64,000 bases of DNA, from assembly GCF_009914755.1 (NCBI RefSeq), contig NC_060926.1. One strand, 5' to 3'. The DNA is from the human T2T-CHM13v2.0 reference genome, Homo sapiens. Made by a program: the position numbers and the translations under genes. The notes beneath the pieces are model-generated. The model was given only the letters and a program-made list of their open reading frames with translations, was not told the origin of the DNA and did not search any database. This document shows positions 1-14,353 of the stretch, in pieces. The stretch's first letter is position 1, and each line of letters starts with the position of its first letter.

Positions 1-921
1 AATTCTTCCTATCTAGAAATAGACTAGCTAAAGTAAGTAATGCAGTGTTGACTCTATGGTTCCCATGGGGACCCTTCCGGCCAGCACCTACAATCTAACT
101 GCCTCACACAAAAAGTTTTAAACTTTTCTTAAAGTGGCATCAATTAAAATAAAAGACTCCAAACTTCCAGGGACACAAACAAATGCTGTCTTCAGATTTT
201 CCAGATGGTAGAACTTGAGCCTTCCTACTAAATTTTTTTCTTGGCATTCTTCCAAATTAAATTTAGCATCCAATGTTTTCTGTGTTTGCAATTAAATAGA
301 TACATAAGAAAAATAATGTCCACATTTACAAATGAGCAACTTTAGTTATCATTTGCTCAAGCTCACAGACCAAAAGAAAGCATGAACTTTAAAATTTCAT
401 TGCTTTGTGACTTCATTGCTATACGCATGTTACTTATAATCTCTCTGAACCTGTTTCTTCTTGTTTAAAAAGTGGATAATATACAAAATATCTGTTCAGT
501 TTCAAAAACTAGAAGTTATTATGTAATATATGAGGACCTTCTCCCCTTCCTCATTTTGTTTGGATACAGAATCAAAAGTAGCACAATGGACCTAAAGTGC
601 CAAATGAGTCCATACAGAGAGGAGAGACGCTCAGAAAATTCTGGGGTCATGCCTCCTGGCATCCGCTATAATCTATGAAACTTCACAGTACCTACTGACC
701 CAGCTATGACTGCTCCAAGAACCTTTCCTGCTTCCCTCTAATTCTAAGAAGAACCCTAGGAGGATCCTAGGGTATGAGAAGAGCCATGCAGGATCCAGCC
801 ATCCGGCTGGGTAACTTTTTAGTTTCTAAGCTTCCTTGGTATGTGGGGAAGAGAAAATTAGGAAGAGAATCAGATGCAGCTGAAAAGCCCTAACGACCTG
901 AGATGAGAGGTCTCAGTTTCA

Positions 922-1275
<354 letters not shown>

Positions 1276-1758
1276 TTAACCGCCACCGACGGTGACGAGG
1301 GAGGCGCCGAGTTCCCCGGAGGCCAGGGCCAGAGCTGGCGAGGCTGGGGCGCACCTGTCTTCCGGCCCCGCTGCGGCAGTCACTCCGCAGGAGCAGGCGG
1401 GGTGAGCGAGGTCTTTAGAGAGAGCACTTGAATGCGGGTAGGAGAGATTCTCAACAGAACAGGGCTGGCAGCAGCGCCGCAGCCTCTCAGGGAAAACCTG
1501 ACGATCCCTTCCCGGGCGCGCCGACCGAGCGTCACCTCCGCCCGCCCCGCGCGCCGCCAGGGACCACGAGAGGGGCGGGGCCCGGCCGCAGACCCCAACC
1601 CTCGCCGCCGAGAGGGCGGGGCCGAGCACCCACAGCCGCGGAGGCGTGGGCGCCGGGCACGGCTTTACCCAGAATGCCTCTGGAGGGCCGGCTCCCCGCG
1701 CCCCGGCCCTGCCGCCCAACGCTCCCGGCCCTGGGGCCCTGACTGCCCGCACGCTGAC

Positions 1759-1823
1759 CTGAAGGTCCCACTGTCCTCGCGCTCCAGCGGCGGGGCCTCG
1801 GCGCGGTGCCTGCTCTGGGACAT
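1759..1823 (-). CDS. PRKRA: PRKRA coding exon 1 (MSQSRHRAEAPPLEREDSGTF)
   Basis: gccATG at 1823, AG|gtcagc donor at 1759; recognised PACT N-terminus. Confidence 0.95.
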
Positions 1824-2199
1824 GGCGAGAAGGGACGGCTCAGCGGCTGGAGGAAGAGCGGTGCGGAGCGACGTGCTCGCTCCCCGGGTCGCTGGTCCCC
1901 GGGAGGAGCTCCAGCGCCGCCACCTCCTCCGACTCCCCCGCCTCCTGCTTGCGTTGCTCCAGCGAGGGGGCAGGCAGGGTGGGGGCGGAGCCTTGGTGCC
2001 GTAGCTCCGGCTACGCCCCCTCGCTGCTCCTCTGCGGGCCTCCGTCCCGGCCCAACTCCGCCCCTGTCCCTTCCAGGGTCCGCCCCCTTCCCGCCCGGCT
2101 CCGCCCCGCTCCCGCGTGGGCACAGGCATTGGGCTCCCGGGGGTTCTCCGCGCCCGCCCCTGCCGGCCCTGACCAGCCTGTAGTAACTGGCCCCTAGGC

Positions 2200-2562
2200 C
2201 GCAGTTCTTTGTCCTTAGCAGGAGGCCGTTTCTTGCCGGGAGAGAGGGATTAGAGGGATTGTCCGGCGTGGGTCTAGGGTCGTTGAGGCCTAAAGTTAAG
2301 CCTTTGTGGGGAGGACGGATTGGGGGCTGGGTCACTTTAAGAAAAAGATTCTAAAATTACGAAGGCAGAATTCCAGGGAGTCTCCCGGGCCTGGTCCTGA
2401 AGCTTGAGACCCCGGATATATACGCTCCAGGGGGCTGCGGTGCGCTCTTCGGGTCCCCGAGCCCTGTGTTTAGGAACACGCGGGGACGTCCAAACACCCG
2501 CTCCTCTCCCGCCGGGCGGGCTCCTTTGTCTTCTGGGCTTTCGTCGCGAGATGGAACGCTGG
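2200..2562 (+). other. PJVK: Probable non-coding first exon of PJVK (start approximate)
   Basis: TGG|gtcagt donor at 2562/2563 on the PJVK side of the CpG island; exon 2 has an acceptor at 4180 that needs an upstream exon. Confidence 0.55.
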
Positions 2563-2791
2563 GTCAGTGCATCCCAGCAAAACACGTTAGGAGTAAACGA
2601 AGGCCTTTCCGGGGACCTGGGTAGTCGGTTGTAATGGCGTTTGCCTGGGATGCAGCACCTTTGGTGGGCCATTAGATGACGTGTCGCTTCTCCAGGGGCT
2701 TGCTAGGCACTAGCAGAAATGCTCCCCTGTGCTTACTCGGTGTTATGGAAGATTGCTTGCACAATGCTATTCGTACGAAAGGATATTATTA

Positions 2792-3172
<381 letters not shown>

Positions 3173-4202
3173 CTAATCAAATTATATCATCTGATGCTTT
3201 AATTAGAGCCTATTCTCTCTTCCTCTCCGTCTATATATGTATGTATATAGATTACTATCCATCACTGTTTTAATGGATATCTTATTGGAAGGGCTACATA
3301 GTCAGTATTTCACAATATATGAACTCCGCATAACACCTATGGCAAAACATTTCAGCACTCAGGTAAAATTCATTTTTTGCCACAAAATTACTTAAAAACA
3401 GGCCAGAACTTTATATAGCTCTTGTTAAAGGTTAAGTAGCTGGGATAATAATGAAACAAAAAGATGCAGCAGGACTCCATTTCAAAGAGAGAGAGTCTGT
3501 GTGCCCAACTTCAGAGTAAGAAACCACTAGGTAATAGTTTATATAGTTACTTATATGTAATGTGGCTTTATTTTTTAAATAAAGATTTGCATATAATTGT
3601 TTATATCTGTGAATTTATATTTAATATTAAACACAGTTTTGTAAGCATATAAGATGGAAAATGAATGAAATGCTCAATCAATGAGCTGTATGCCATGAGG
3701 ATTCAAAACAGCACTTTGGTGTTGCCAAAATTCCGGTGGTGGACTTGTGAAGGAATTCCCTTTGGACTAGGTCCACTGTAGATTGTATCCGGGACTATCG
3801 TTAGTGCCTAAATTGCATTGCTTCCCACAGCACTATATGCTTCCCTTAAAATTGGCCCATTGCCAGTGGCAAATCACTATCTACTGTGATCCTTATCATA
3901 GACATTGGTCATATTTTTACGTTATTAGTTTTCTGTGTATATTTTAGTGCTATAGCCTGCCATTCCAAGTTAAACATGCTCTTAGCATATCATTTTACAC
4001 CGTTGATCTATAATTCATTACCTGAGCACATGAGCAGAGGCAGGGAATTATACAGTGGTAAACTACTTGGTGAAACCATGCTTTGTATTTTTAAGATGTA
4101 TAATTATATTTAAAAACAAGCAATGCTTAATTTTGTGCCTGATTTTCCTCTTTAAAAATGGATTTATCTGGGGGTTGCAGTTGATGACGTTTTGATTTTA
4201 AT

Positions 4203-4413
4203 ATGTTTGCTGCTGCTACCAAGAGCTTTGTCAAGCAAGTTGGAGATGGAGGGAGATTAGTTCCTGTTCCAAGCCTCAGTGAAGCTGACAAATATCAACC
4301 TCTAAGTCTGGTGGTAAAAAAGAAGCGATGCTTTCTGTTTCCTAGATATAAATTTACTTCAACACCTTTTACACTGAAAGATATTCTCCTAGGAGACAGA
4401 GAAATTTCAGCTG
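4203..4413 (+). CDS. PJVK: PJVK (pejvakin, gasdermin family) first coding exon
   Basis: [42 protein letters not shown] gasdermin N-terminus; acceptor ttgcag| at 4180; donor G|gtaagt; 211 nt. Confidence 0.96.
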
Positions 4414-5108
4414 GTAAGTTTAAATGTTTGGGAGTGCCAACTCATTCATCTGTATTATTGGCAACCTAAACATAGGTCATATATGCTACTTATGTTAGTA
4501 ATACACATTTTCAATGATTAAAGCAACTTTTATTATGATGTTAGTGTAATAACATTATTAAGATTAACAATGCCAAAAGTTTGTATAATATCAAATCTCT
4601 TATTGGTCAAATAATTTTCAAATCTATCAATTATTTTATAAATTGTTTTAACCAAATCAACTTAGAATATGACATATTTCTTCATCTATAAAATGGGATA
4701 TTATTTGGGCTTACCTATGTTACATGGTCAAATGAGATGAAAATAATTTGTATTTATTTTTTACAATTCAATTATTACAATTGGTAAACTGAAATGTATT
4801 GAAGGGTAGGTTATATAATAAGCTGATATTTTGATGAGTTACTACTTATAAACGCTTATTTTTTCTTTTAATTGCCCGGTGGATCTTGATGCTTAAGAAG
4901 TTCTGTTGGCTGAATAGAAAATTTGAGTTCCTTTTAAGAATTCTGGCTATGTGTTTCTTTTTGTTGTAAGATTAATTGAATTACTACTTTAAGTCTTGGT
5001 GAGTCATGTTGCCTTTCTCTAACATTTGGGTATTTGAGTCTTCAATTGTTAATTTAACATGTTACTATATATAATCTACATAAGATAAAGATGTTTAAAA
5101 AATACTGA

Positions 5109-5327
<219 letters not shown>

Positions 5328-5507
5328 TAATAATCCTAATATATTTCAGTGTTTTCATTAAATACTTTAGGTATATAAACTTCATTACAAAGAATGCTTA
5401 AAACATTGAGGTTGTATTTTACTAGTGTAATTTGCTAGATATGTTTGAAATACATTGGTAGTATATCCAAACTTTGAATAAGGATAGATATCAAAAATCA
5501 CTTGGCT

Positions 5508-6446
5508 GAAGTCAGAGACCTCAGGGCCCCAGATCAAGGAGCTAACTGATGAAGAGGCAGAGAGGCTGCAGCTAGAGATTGACCAGAAATAGGATGCAGA
5601 GAATCATGAGGCCCAGATCAAGAATGGCAGCCTTGACTCCCCAGGGAAGCAGAAGACTGAGGAAGATGAGGAGGAGGAAGATGAGAAGGACAAAGGAAAA
5701 CTGAAGCCCAACCTAGGCAACAGGGCAGACCTGCCTGATTACCGCTGGACCAAGACCCTGTCGGAGCTGGACCTGGCGGTCCCTTTCTGTGTGGACTTCC
5801 AGCTGAAAGGGAAGGACGTGGTGGTGGCATCCAACGGCGGCACCTCCAGGTGGGGCTCAAGGGGCAGCCAGCGATCATCGATGGGGAGCTCTACAACGAA
5901 GTGAAGGCGGAGGAGAGCTCGTGGCTCATTGAGGACGGCAAGGTGGTGACTGTGCATCTGGAGAAGATCAAGAAGATGGAGTGGTGGAGCCGCTTGGTGT
6001 CCAGTGACCCTGAGATCAATACCAAGAAGATTAACCCTGAGAATTCCAAGCTGTCAGACCTGGACAGTGAGACTCACATCATGGTGGAAAAGACAATCTA
6101 TGACCAGTAACAGAAGTCCATGGGGCTGCCAACCTCAGACGAACAGAAGAAACAGGAGATTCTGAAGAAGTTCATGGATCAGCATCCGGAGATGGATTTT
6201 TCCAAGGCTAAATTCAACTAGCCCCTGTTTTTCCCTCCCTGAACTCTTGGGGCTGAGCTGCAACCACCCAACTTTCTTTCCCACTCTTCTCTGGGACTTG
6301 TGGGCCTCAGGGCTTGGGGCAGGCATGGGACTGGCCCAGGCACACAGGTCCCAGGGCATCAGGAGAAAGGCTGGGGCTTGGGGTCTTGTCCTCCCCAGTT
6401 GGCCTACTGTTACACATTAAAATGATTTGCCCAGCTAAAAAAAAAA
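5508..6446 (+). pseudogene. NUDCP2: 5'-truncated processed pseudogene of NUDC (probably NUDCP2) in PJVK intron 3
   Basis: Intronless NUDC-like sequence (GPQIKELTDEEAERLQLEID...[18 protein letters not shown]...MDFSKAKFN*), 3'UTR, ATTAAA 6416, poly(A); TSD aaaaatcacttggct 5493-5507 / aaaaaccacttggct 6447-6461; in-frame stops (~5590, 6108) and a frameshift (~5828). Confidence 0.93.
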
Positions 6447-6782
6447 AAAAACCACTTGGCTTAAACAAAACTTTTAATTGTTCCACAAAATTACTTTGGC
6501 TCTACACACATTTGCTTAATTATTAGATTTAAATAATACAGCAATCTGTCTGCAACAAATAGAGTCCCCTTCAACAGACTTTCAACAGACAGAGTGAAAC
6601 ATTCTGCATAAGCATGTTTTAAGAAAATAGAGAGGAGAGACAAATTATTACATTTCTTTTGGGTGTATTTTCTGACTATTAGGATTGCCTTGATTTACTA
6701 TTAGGTGAACTATGAATGAATAACACATGATAGCAAAAAATGTATTTGATTATGTGTAATTAGATGTTATAGAGTCTTGTGA

Positions 6783-7001
<219 letters not shown>

Positions 7002-7136
7002 TAAGTATTGAATTTCTAGTCAGGCTTGTGTATTTTGTGAAATGTTCTGATGAAAGAGCTGCAGTTGTATAGGATTTTGCACAGCAATGTCTGTTCTAGA
7101 ATATGAAAAAAAAAAACAAATCTTGGGATTCTAAAC

Positions 7137-8024
<888 letters not shown>

Positions 8025-8125
8025 TGAATTTATATTTTTATATTCAAATAGTTTTTCAAAGTTAATATTATCAATGGCCATACATGCTTTATTCAAGGTT
8101 AGTTAAATCCTTTAAAAAATATTAG

Positions 8126-8662
8126 CGGCAAGGTGCAGTGGATCATGCCTGTAATCCCAGTGCTTAGGAAGACTGAGATAGGAAGACAGCTTGGGACCAG
8201 GAGTTCAAGACCAACTTGAGCAAAATAATGAGACCTTGTCTCTACAAAAAATAAAAGAATTAGCTGGTTGTGGTGGCACATGCCTATAGTCCCAGCTACT
8301 CGGAAGGCTGAGGCAGGGGGCTGCCTGCGGGGTTTGGGTCATTGTCTTTTAGAATTTGGGAGGCTTTGAAAAGCCGTGCTTTTGTGCTGGGGAAGATGTA
8401 GCAGTCTCTTCTCCAAACCACCCATTTGCCTTCGGACTTCTCTGGGGCCAGCAGCCATCCAACTAGGGGCCCGGGGCCACGGGCTCAGCTGACGACCATG
8501 GGCTTCGCGTCCAACCAGCAGTTTGCAGGTTCGAGCTCAGGACTTGGCGGGGACACCTTAGGATGCAGGAGTGGCCAGGAGTTCAAGGTTACAGTAGGCT
8601 ATGATTGTGCCACTGCTCTCCAGCCTGGGTGACAGAGAGAGACCCTGTCTCTGAAAAAAAAA
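8126..8662 (+). mobile_element. AluJ interrupted by a ~250 bp foreign insert
   Basis: Alu up to ggctgaggcagg (8317), resuming at gccaggagttcaagg (~8574) and ending in poly(A). Confidence 0.88.
8320..8572 (+). pseudogene. Unprocessed LIN28A-like fragment (proximal promoter, exon 1 and start of intron 1)
   Basis: gggcccggggccacgggctcagctgacgaccATGGGCTTCGCGTCCAACCAGCAGTTTGCAG|gttcga encodes MGFASNQQFA, compared with LIN28A MGSVSNQQFA; upstream sequence matches the LIN28A 5'UTR as I recall it. Confidence 0.85.
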
Positions 8663-9301
8663 TTGGAAAAGTATCTGTGTTTAATTTTCAGCTCAATTAT
8701 GATATTGTTTATCTTTGTCATTCAGTGACACCTAATAATGACTTGATTGGATTAAAACCAATTGTTAGAAAGATAGGGTTCAAGGATAATCTTTTCAAGT
8801 CTTTGCAAATAAAAGTTATTTTCGCATATTCAGCTGCCTGTCAAATTCTGATTAACATTGGATCATTTTTGAGGCACAAACTGAAACATTTACTTGATTG
8901 TTAGCGATTGCTTTAGAAAGCTACTAAAAGCTCTGGAGGGCTTTGGAATGGTAGACAGGCTAGGCTGAAAACTTTAACTCTGGCACTGCTTTCTAAGATT
9001 TCCTGTTAAAAAAAAAAAAAGGCTTCTGCTCCAGAGCATTATGGTTGTGGTAGCACTAATCATGGGCTGTAATACCAAAGTAAGTGAAAAGTGCAGAGGT
9101 ATTTCCTAATATAGACCAGGAGTTTCTGTTGGACCAATTGGATCTCTGCTATAAAAAATGGTTTAATTCAAGCAGAATAATCCTTTACTTGGGAATTTTT
9201 TGTTTTGTTTTTGGTAGGATTATAGGAAATGTTTCATTTCTCCAAAAAGCTATCCTTACATGTTATGATCCTTAATTATGTTATTTATTTATTCAATATA
9301 G

Positions 9302-9448
<147 letters not shown>

Positions 9449-10169
9449 TGATTATATTTTTAAGGAGCATTCATTAGGGCATGTGCTCTCTCTCTCTCTT
9501 TTCTCTCATTTCTCGTGTCTAACAATTATAGAAGATGCTCTCAGCACTGTCAATCTTATGCTTTGGCAAAATAGCTGAGAAAGACCCTCCGTTCGCTGCT
9601 TCCCCATTCCACTTTTCTGCTTCTTGGTGAAGGTTGTAAACTCTCCACTACCCCATTTAAAATTATAAATAAGAGCTAAAATGCCATCTACTGACAAAGT
9701 ATTCCTTAGCTTACATGGGGAGATAATAAATGACCTTCTTATAGGTAGTTTTTGATGGTGGCAAACAGAGGAGTAGGTAGATAGTAGGATGCCTGAAGTG
9801 TTAGGATGCCCAAACCAGGGCCTCTAAAGACAGCTTTTCTTACTTCAGTTTTACTTATCATAGACCCAGCTTCCCCTTGCACTCTTCCTAAAAAATAACT
9901 TTAAAAAGTGAAAATACTTCCTCCAAAATTGTCACCTTGTATAATACCTAAGTGCAGCTCACTTTAGGTCTCTACATTTCACAGGTCTTTAAGGTCTGTT
10001 GGCCAACTGGAACAAGTCCAGGTGTAGCCCAAGGGATCAGGAAAGGCAGCCCCTAGCCATGGTAATTTACAAATGTTTTTAGACCTGTTCTTGTTCATTT
10101 CTGCAATTTTGTAGGAGGAGGGAATAGGGAGTCCAGAAACAAAACAAAACTACATGTTAAGTAAATTGT

Positions 10170-10462
10170 CTTTTTAAAAAATATTTTTAATTTTTGTGGC
10201 TATATAGTAGATTATATATATATTTATGTATGGGATACATGAGGTATTTTGATACGGGCATACAGTGCATAATAATCACATCATGGAAAATGGGGTATCC
10301 ATCCCCTCAAGCATTTATCCTTTGTGTTACAAACAATCCAATTATACTCTTTTAGTTATTTAAAAATGTACAAATTCTCAGTCTAAGATGGAGAAAAAAC
10401 TGTACAATTACATTATTTTGACTGTAGTCACCCTATTATGCTTCCAAATACTAGGTCTTATT
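10170..10462 (-). mobile_element. L1MA-type 3' end fragment
   Basis: ggggtatccatcccctcaagcatttatcctttgtgttacaaacaatccaattatactc, typical of the L1MA 3'UTR. Confidence 0.75.
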
Positions 10463-11114
10463 AAGTAAATTCTAATTGGATAACTTTAGGTTTTTACAGT
10501 TTTATTGATGGTTGGGAGGAATGTAAATGGACTGATATATCCACAAGAATTTAAAATATATATATAATTTGGACTTCCACTTCTAGGAATTTATCCTACA
10601 GATATATTTACACATATATGAAATGATATGAGTGCAAGTATATTCAGTCCTCAATAACAAGAGATTGGAAACAACATTAAGGAGACTAAATAATGGTGCA
10701 TCCTTGCAAGAGAATACTATGAAGCCAATAAGAATATAATACTTTTAATAGATATTTTTCAAGAGCTGAGTATAATATGTAACTATTTGGGCATAAATAA
10801 TTTTATACACATACATGTATATATGCATCTTTCTTTATGCTTATAAAATATATGGAGTATTTCTGGAAGCAAACATAAGAAACTTAAACCACGGGTGCCC
10901 CTAAGCCCCTGAGGTAGAAGACTGTGGCTGGATACAGGGTGGGCCAGAGACCTATTTGTCACTGTATCTCCTTTCTGTATGAATTTTGTACCATGTGAAT
11001 GTTACCTTTTCCAAAAGTATGTAAAAGTCAACTTTTAAAAACAATACAATGAATGATTTGTACTAGAATTCATCACCCCATCAAACAATAAAATATGAAT
11101 TATTCAAGTTATAA

Positions 11115-11664
<550 letters not shown>

Positions 11665-11773
11665 GCCAAATTATTTCATGACTAGTGGATTCACATATTT
11701 ATTAATGCTGTTTGCATTATGTATTTTTCATTTTCACTTCTAACACATTTCTTTTCTGTTTTTGTCCTTTTAG

Positions 11774-12066
11774 ATAGAAGAGTGATGGATGTCATTTCTC
11801 GTTCACAGCTTTACTTGGATGATCTTTTTTCTGACTACTATGACAAACCTCTCAGCATGACTGATATTTCACTCAAAGAAGGGACCCATATCCGAGTTAA
11901 CTTACTTAATCACAACATTCCCAAAGGGCCTTGCATACTCTGTGGAATGGGGAACTTCAAAAGGGAGACAGTTTATGGGTGCTTTCAGTGTTCTGTTGAT
12001 GGTCAGAAGTATGTGAGACTTCATGCAGTTCCTTGTTTTGATATTTGGCACAAGAGGATGAAATAA
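11774..12066 (+). CDS. PJVK: PJVK last coding exon (exon 7), Cys/His-rich zinc-binding C-terminus
   Basis: ttttag|AT AGA ... ATG AAA TAA; the six coding exons sum to 1059 nt = 352 aa + stop. Confidence 0.96.
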
Positions 12067-12163
12067 AATGAAAAATGAATACACCGTGTTGGTGTTTTAG
12101 GTGCAGTTGTGCCACAAACCTTCCCTAAATTATCTAGGTTTGCTTTGATGAATTAAATTAAAA
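12062..12163 (+). terminator. PJVK polyadenylation signals
   Basis: AATAAA at 12062-12067 overlapping the stop codon; ATTAAA twice at ~12152-12162. Confidence 0.6.
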
Positions 12164-12370
12164 TGAGAAAAGCAAAAAGAAATTAACCTGTCTGGGTATC
12201 ATATTCCCTATCTATAAAGTAGCAATTATAACAGTAGTGTCTATTTCTTAAGTTGTCATGAAAATTAATAACATTGTTTATATCAAAAAAGATTTACATA
12301 TAAAATTCAGAGATTATGAATCATGCCAGTCACTTTAGAATCATTTTTGGGATGTAGTCTATCATTTTAG

Positions 12371-12674
<304 letters not shown>

Positions 12675-13202
12675 TAGATAACTTTTTATATAATTAAGAG
12701 ATTTTTGTAAATACCAATTTTATTTTCAATCAACTTTCAGTTCAATATGTAAGGATGACAAGACTGCACAAGTAGCAACTTTTGGTGTTTCAACTATTGC
12801 CTTTGGTCTGGTAAAATGAGAAAAATGTGTTAATAATTTAATGCAATCTTAAATGTTTAATTGCAGTATCAAATTAAAAGCACACTGAACTCAACATGGG
12901 GTTTTGTGTACACAGTTAACAAGGTGACTGATAGTAGTAATGGGCTGCCATTCTATGATGTGGATATGCTCACGAGTTTTGTCTTCATAAAACGCAATAC
13001 GGTCATTGTGAAGTTAAGACAGGTAAGACACATCTGTTTCTTTGAAAATGTTTAAAACATTTAACATATTCAATTCTGAAAGATCTTTTTAATCTACTCT
13101 GCTGAGAAATCTGAATTTTTCATACACAAACAACCTAAATTACTATTTACCTTTATTAAAATAATTATAAAATGAATAAAATGTTAAAATTCTAGAACTC
13201 AA

Positions 13203-14353
13203 GGCAACCCCCTTTGGGTCCCTCCTTGAATGGGAGCTCTGTTTTCACTTTATTTCACTGTCTTAAATCTTGCAACTGCACTCTTCTGGTCCATGTTTGT
13301 TAAGGCTCGAGCTGAGCTTTTGCTCGCCGTCCACCACTGCTGTTTGCCACCGTCACAGACCCGCTGCTGACTCCCATCCCTCTGAATCTGGCAGGGTGTC
13401 CGCTGTGCTCCTGATCCAGTGAGGCGCCCATTGCCGCTCCTGATCAGGCTAAAGGCTTGCCATTGTTCCTGCACGGCTAAGTGCCTGGGTTCGTCCTAAT
13501 TGAGCTGAACACTAGTCACTGGGTTCCACGGTTCTTTTCTGTGACCCATGACTTCTAATAGAGCTGTAACACTCACTGCATGGCCCAAGATTCCATTCCT
13601 TGGAATCCGTGAGGCCAACAACCCCAGGTCAGAGAACACGGGGCTTGCCACCATCTTGGAAGTGGCCTGCCGCCATTTTGGAAGTCGCCCACCACCTTCT
13701 TGGGAGCTCTGGGAGCAAGGACCCCCGGTAACACTTTGGCGACCACGAAGGGACCTCCAAGGTGAATTGAAACTGTAAAACTACAAATGGTTCATCAAAT
13801 GGAGCCCCAGATGCAGTCCATGACTAAGATCCACCGTAGACCCCCGGACCGGTCTCCCAGCCCATGCTCTGGTGTTAATGACATCGAAGGCACCCCTCCC
13901 AAGGAAATCTCAGCTGCACAACCCCTCCTATGCCCCAGTTCAGCAGGAAGCAGTTAGAGCAGTCATCGGCCAACCTCCCCAATAGCACTTGGGTTTTCCT
14001 GTTGAGAGTGGGGACTGAGAGGACTAGCTGGATTTCCTAGGCCGACTAAGAATCCCTAAGCCTAGCTGGGAAGGTAACTACATCCATCTTTAAACATGGG
14101 GCTTGCAACTTAGCTCACACCCAACCAATCAGAGAGCTCACTAAAATGCTAATTAGGCAAAAACAGGAGGTAAAGAAATAGCCAATCATCTATTGCCTGA
14201 GAGCACAGCGGGAGGGACAAGGATCAGGATATAAATCCAGGCATTCCAGCCAGCAATGGCAACCCCCTTTGGGTCGCCTCCTTGTATGGGAGCTCTGTTT
14301 TCACTCTATTTCACTCTATTAAATCTTGCACCTGCAAAAAAAAAAAAAAAAAA
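13203..14353 (+). mobile_element. HERV-W (LTR17) processed retrocopy of a spliced RNA: R-U5-PBS / env tail-PPT-U3-R-poly(A)
   Basis: R repeated at both ends (ggcaaccccctttgggtc); PBS 13737-13754; syncytin-like tail KLQMVHQMEPQMQS...SSAGSS*; U3 from 14016; ATTAAA 14318; poly(A); perfect 17-bp TSD aaaattctagaactcaa. Confidence 0.93.

Noticed and set aside
1276-2672. Many long overlapping ORFs (up to 267 aa) in the PRKRA/PJVK CpG island
   Set aside because: Low-complexity Pro/Arg/Gly/Ala translations expected from stop-poor GC-rich DNA; only 1759-1823 is recognisable coding sequence.
5850-6110. 86-aa NUDC-like ORF as a functional gene
   Set aside because: Starts at GTG between a frameshift and a premature stop inside a truncated retrocopy.
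10366-10408. ~27 bp insert between two tgtacaa copies in an L1MA fragment
   Set aside because: Too short to assign a source; likely a small repair indel.
13250-13778. ORFs in the HERV-W R-U5 region
   Set aside because: LTR sequence with no recognisable protein similarity.
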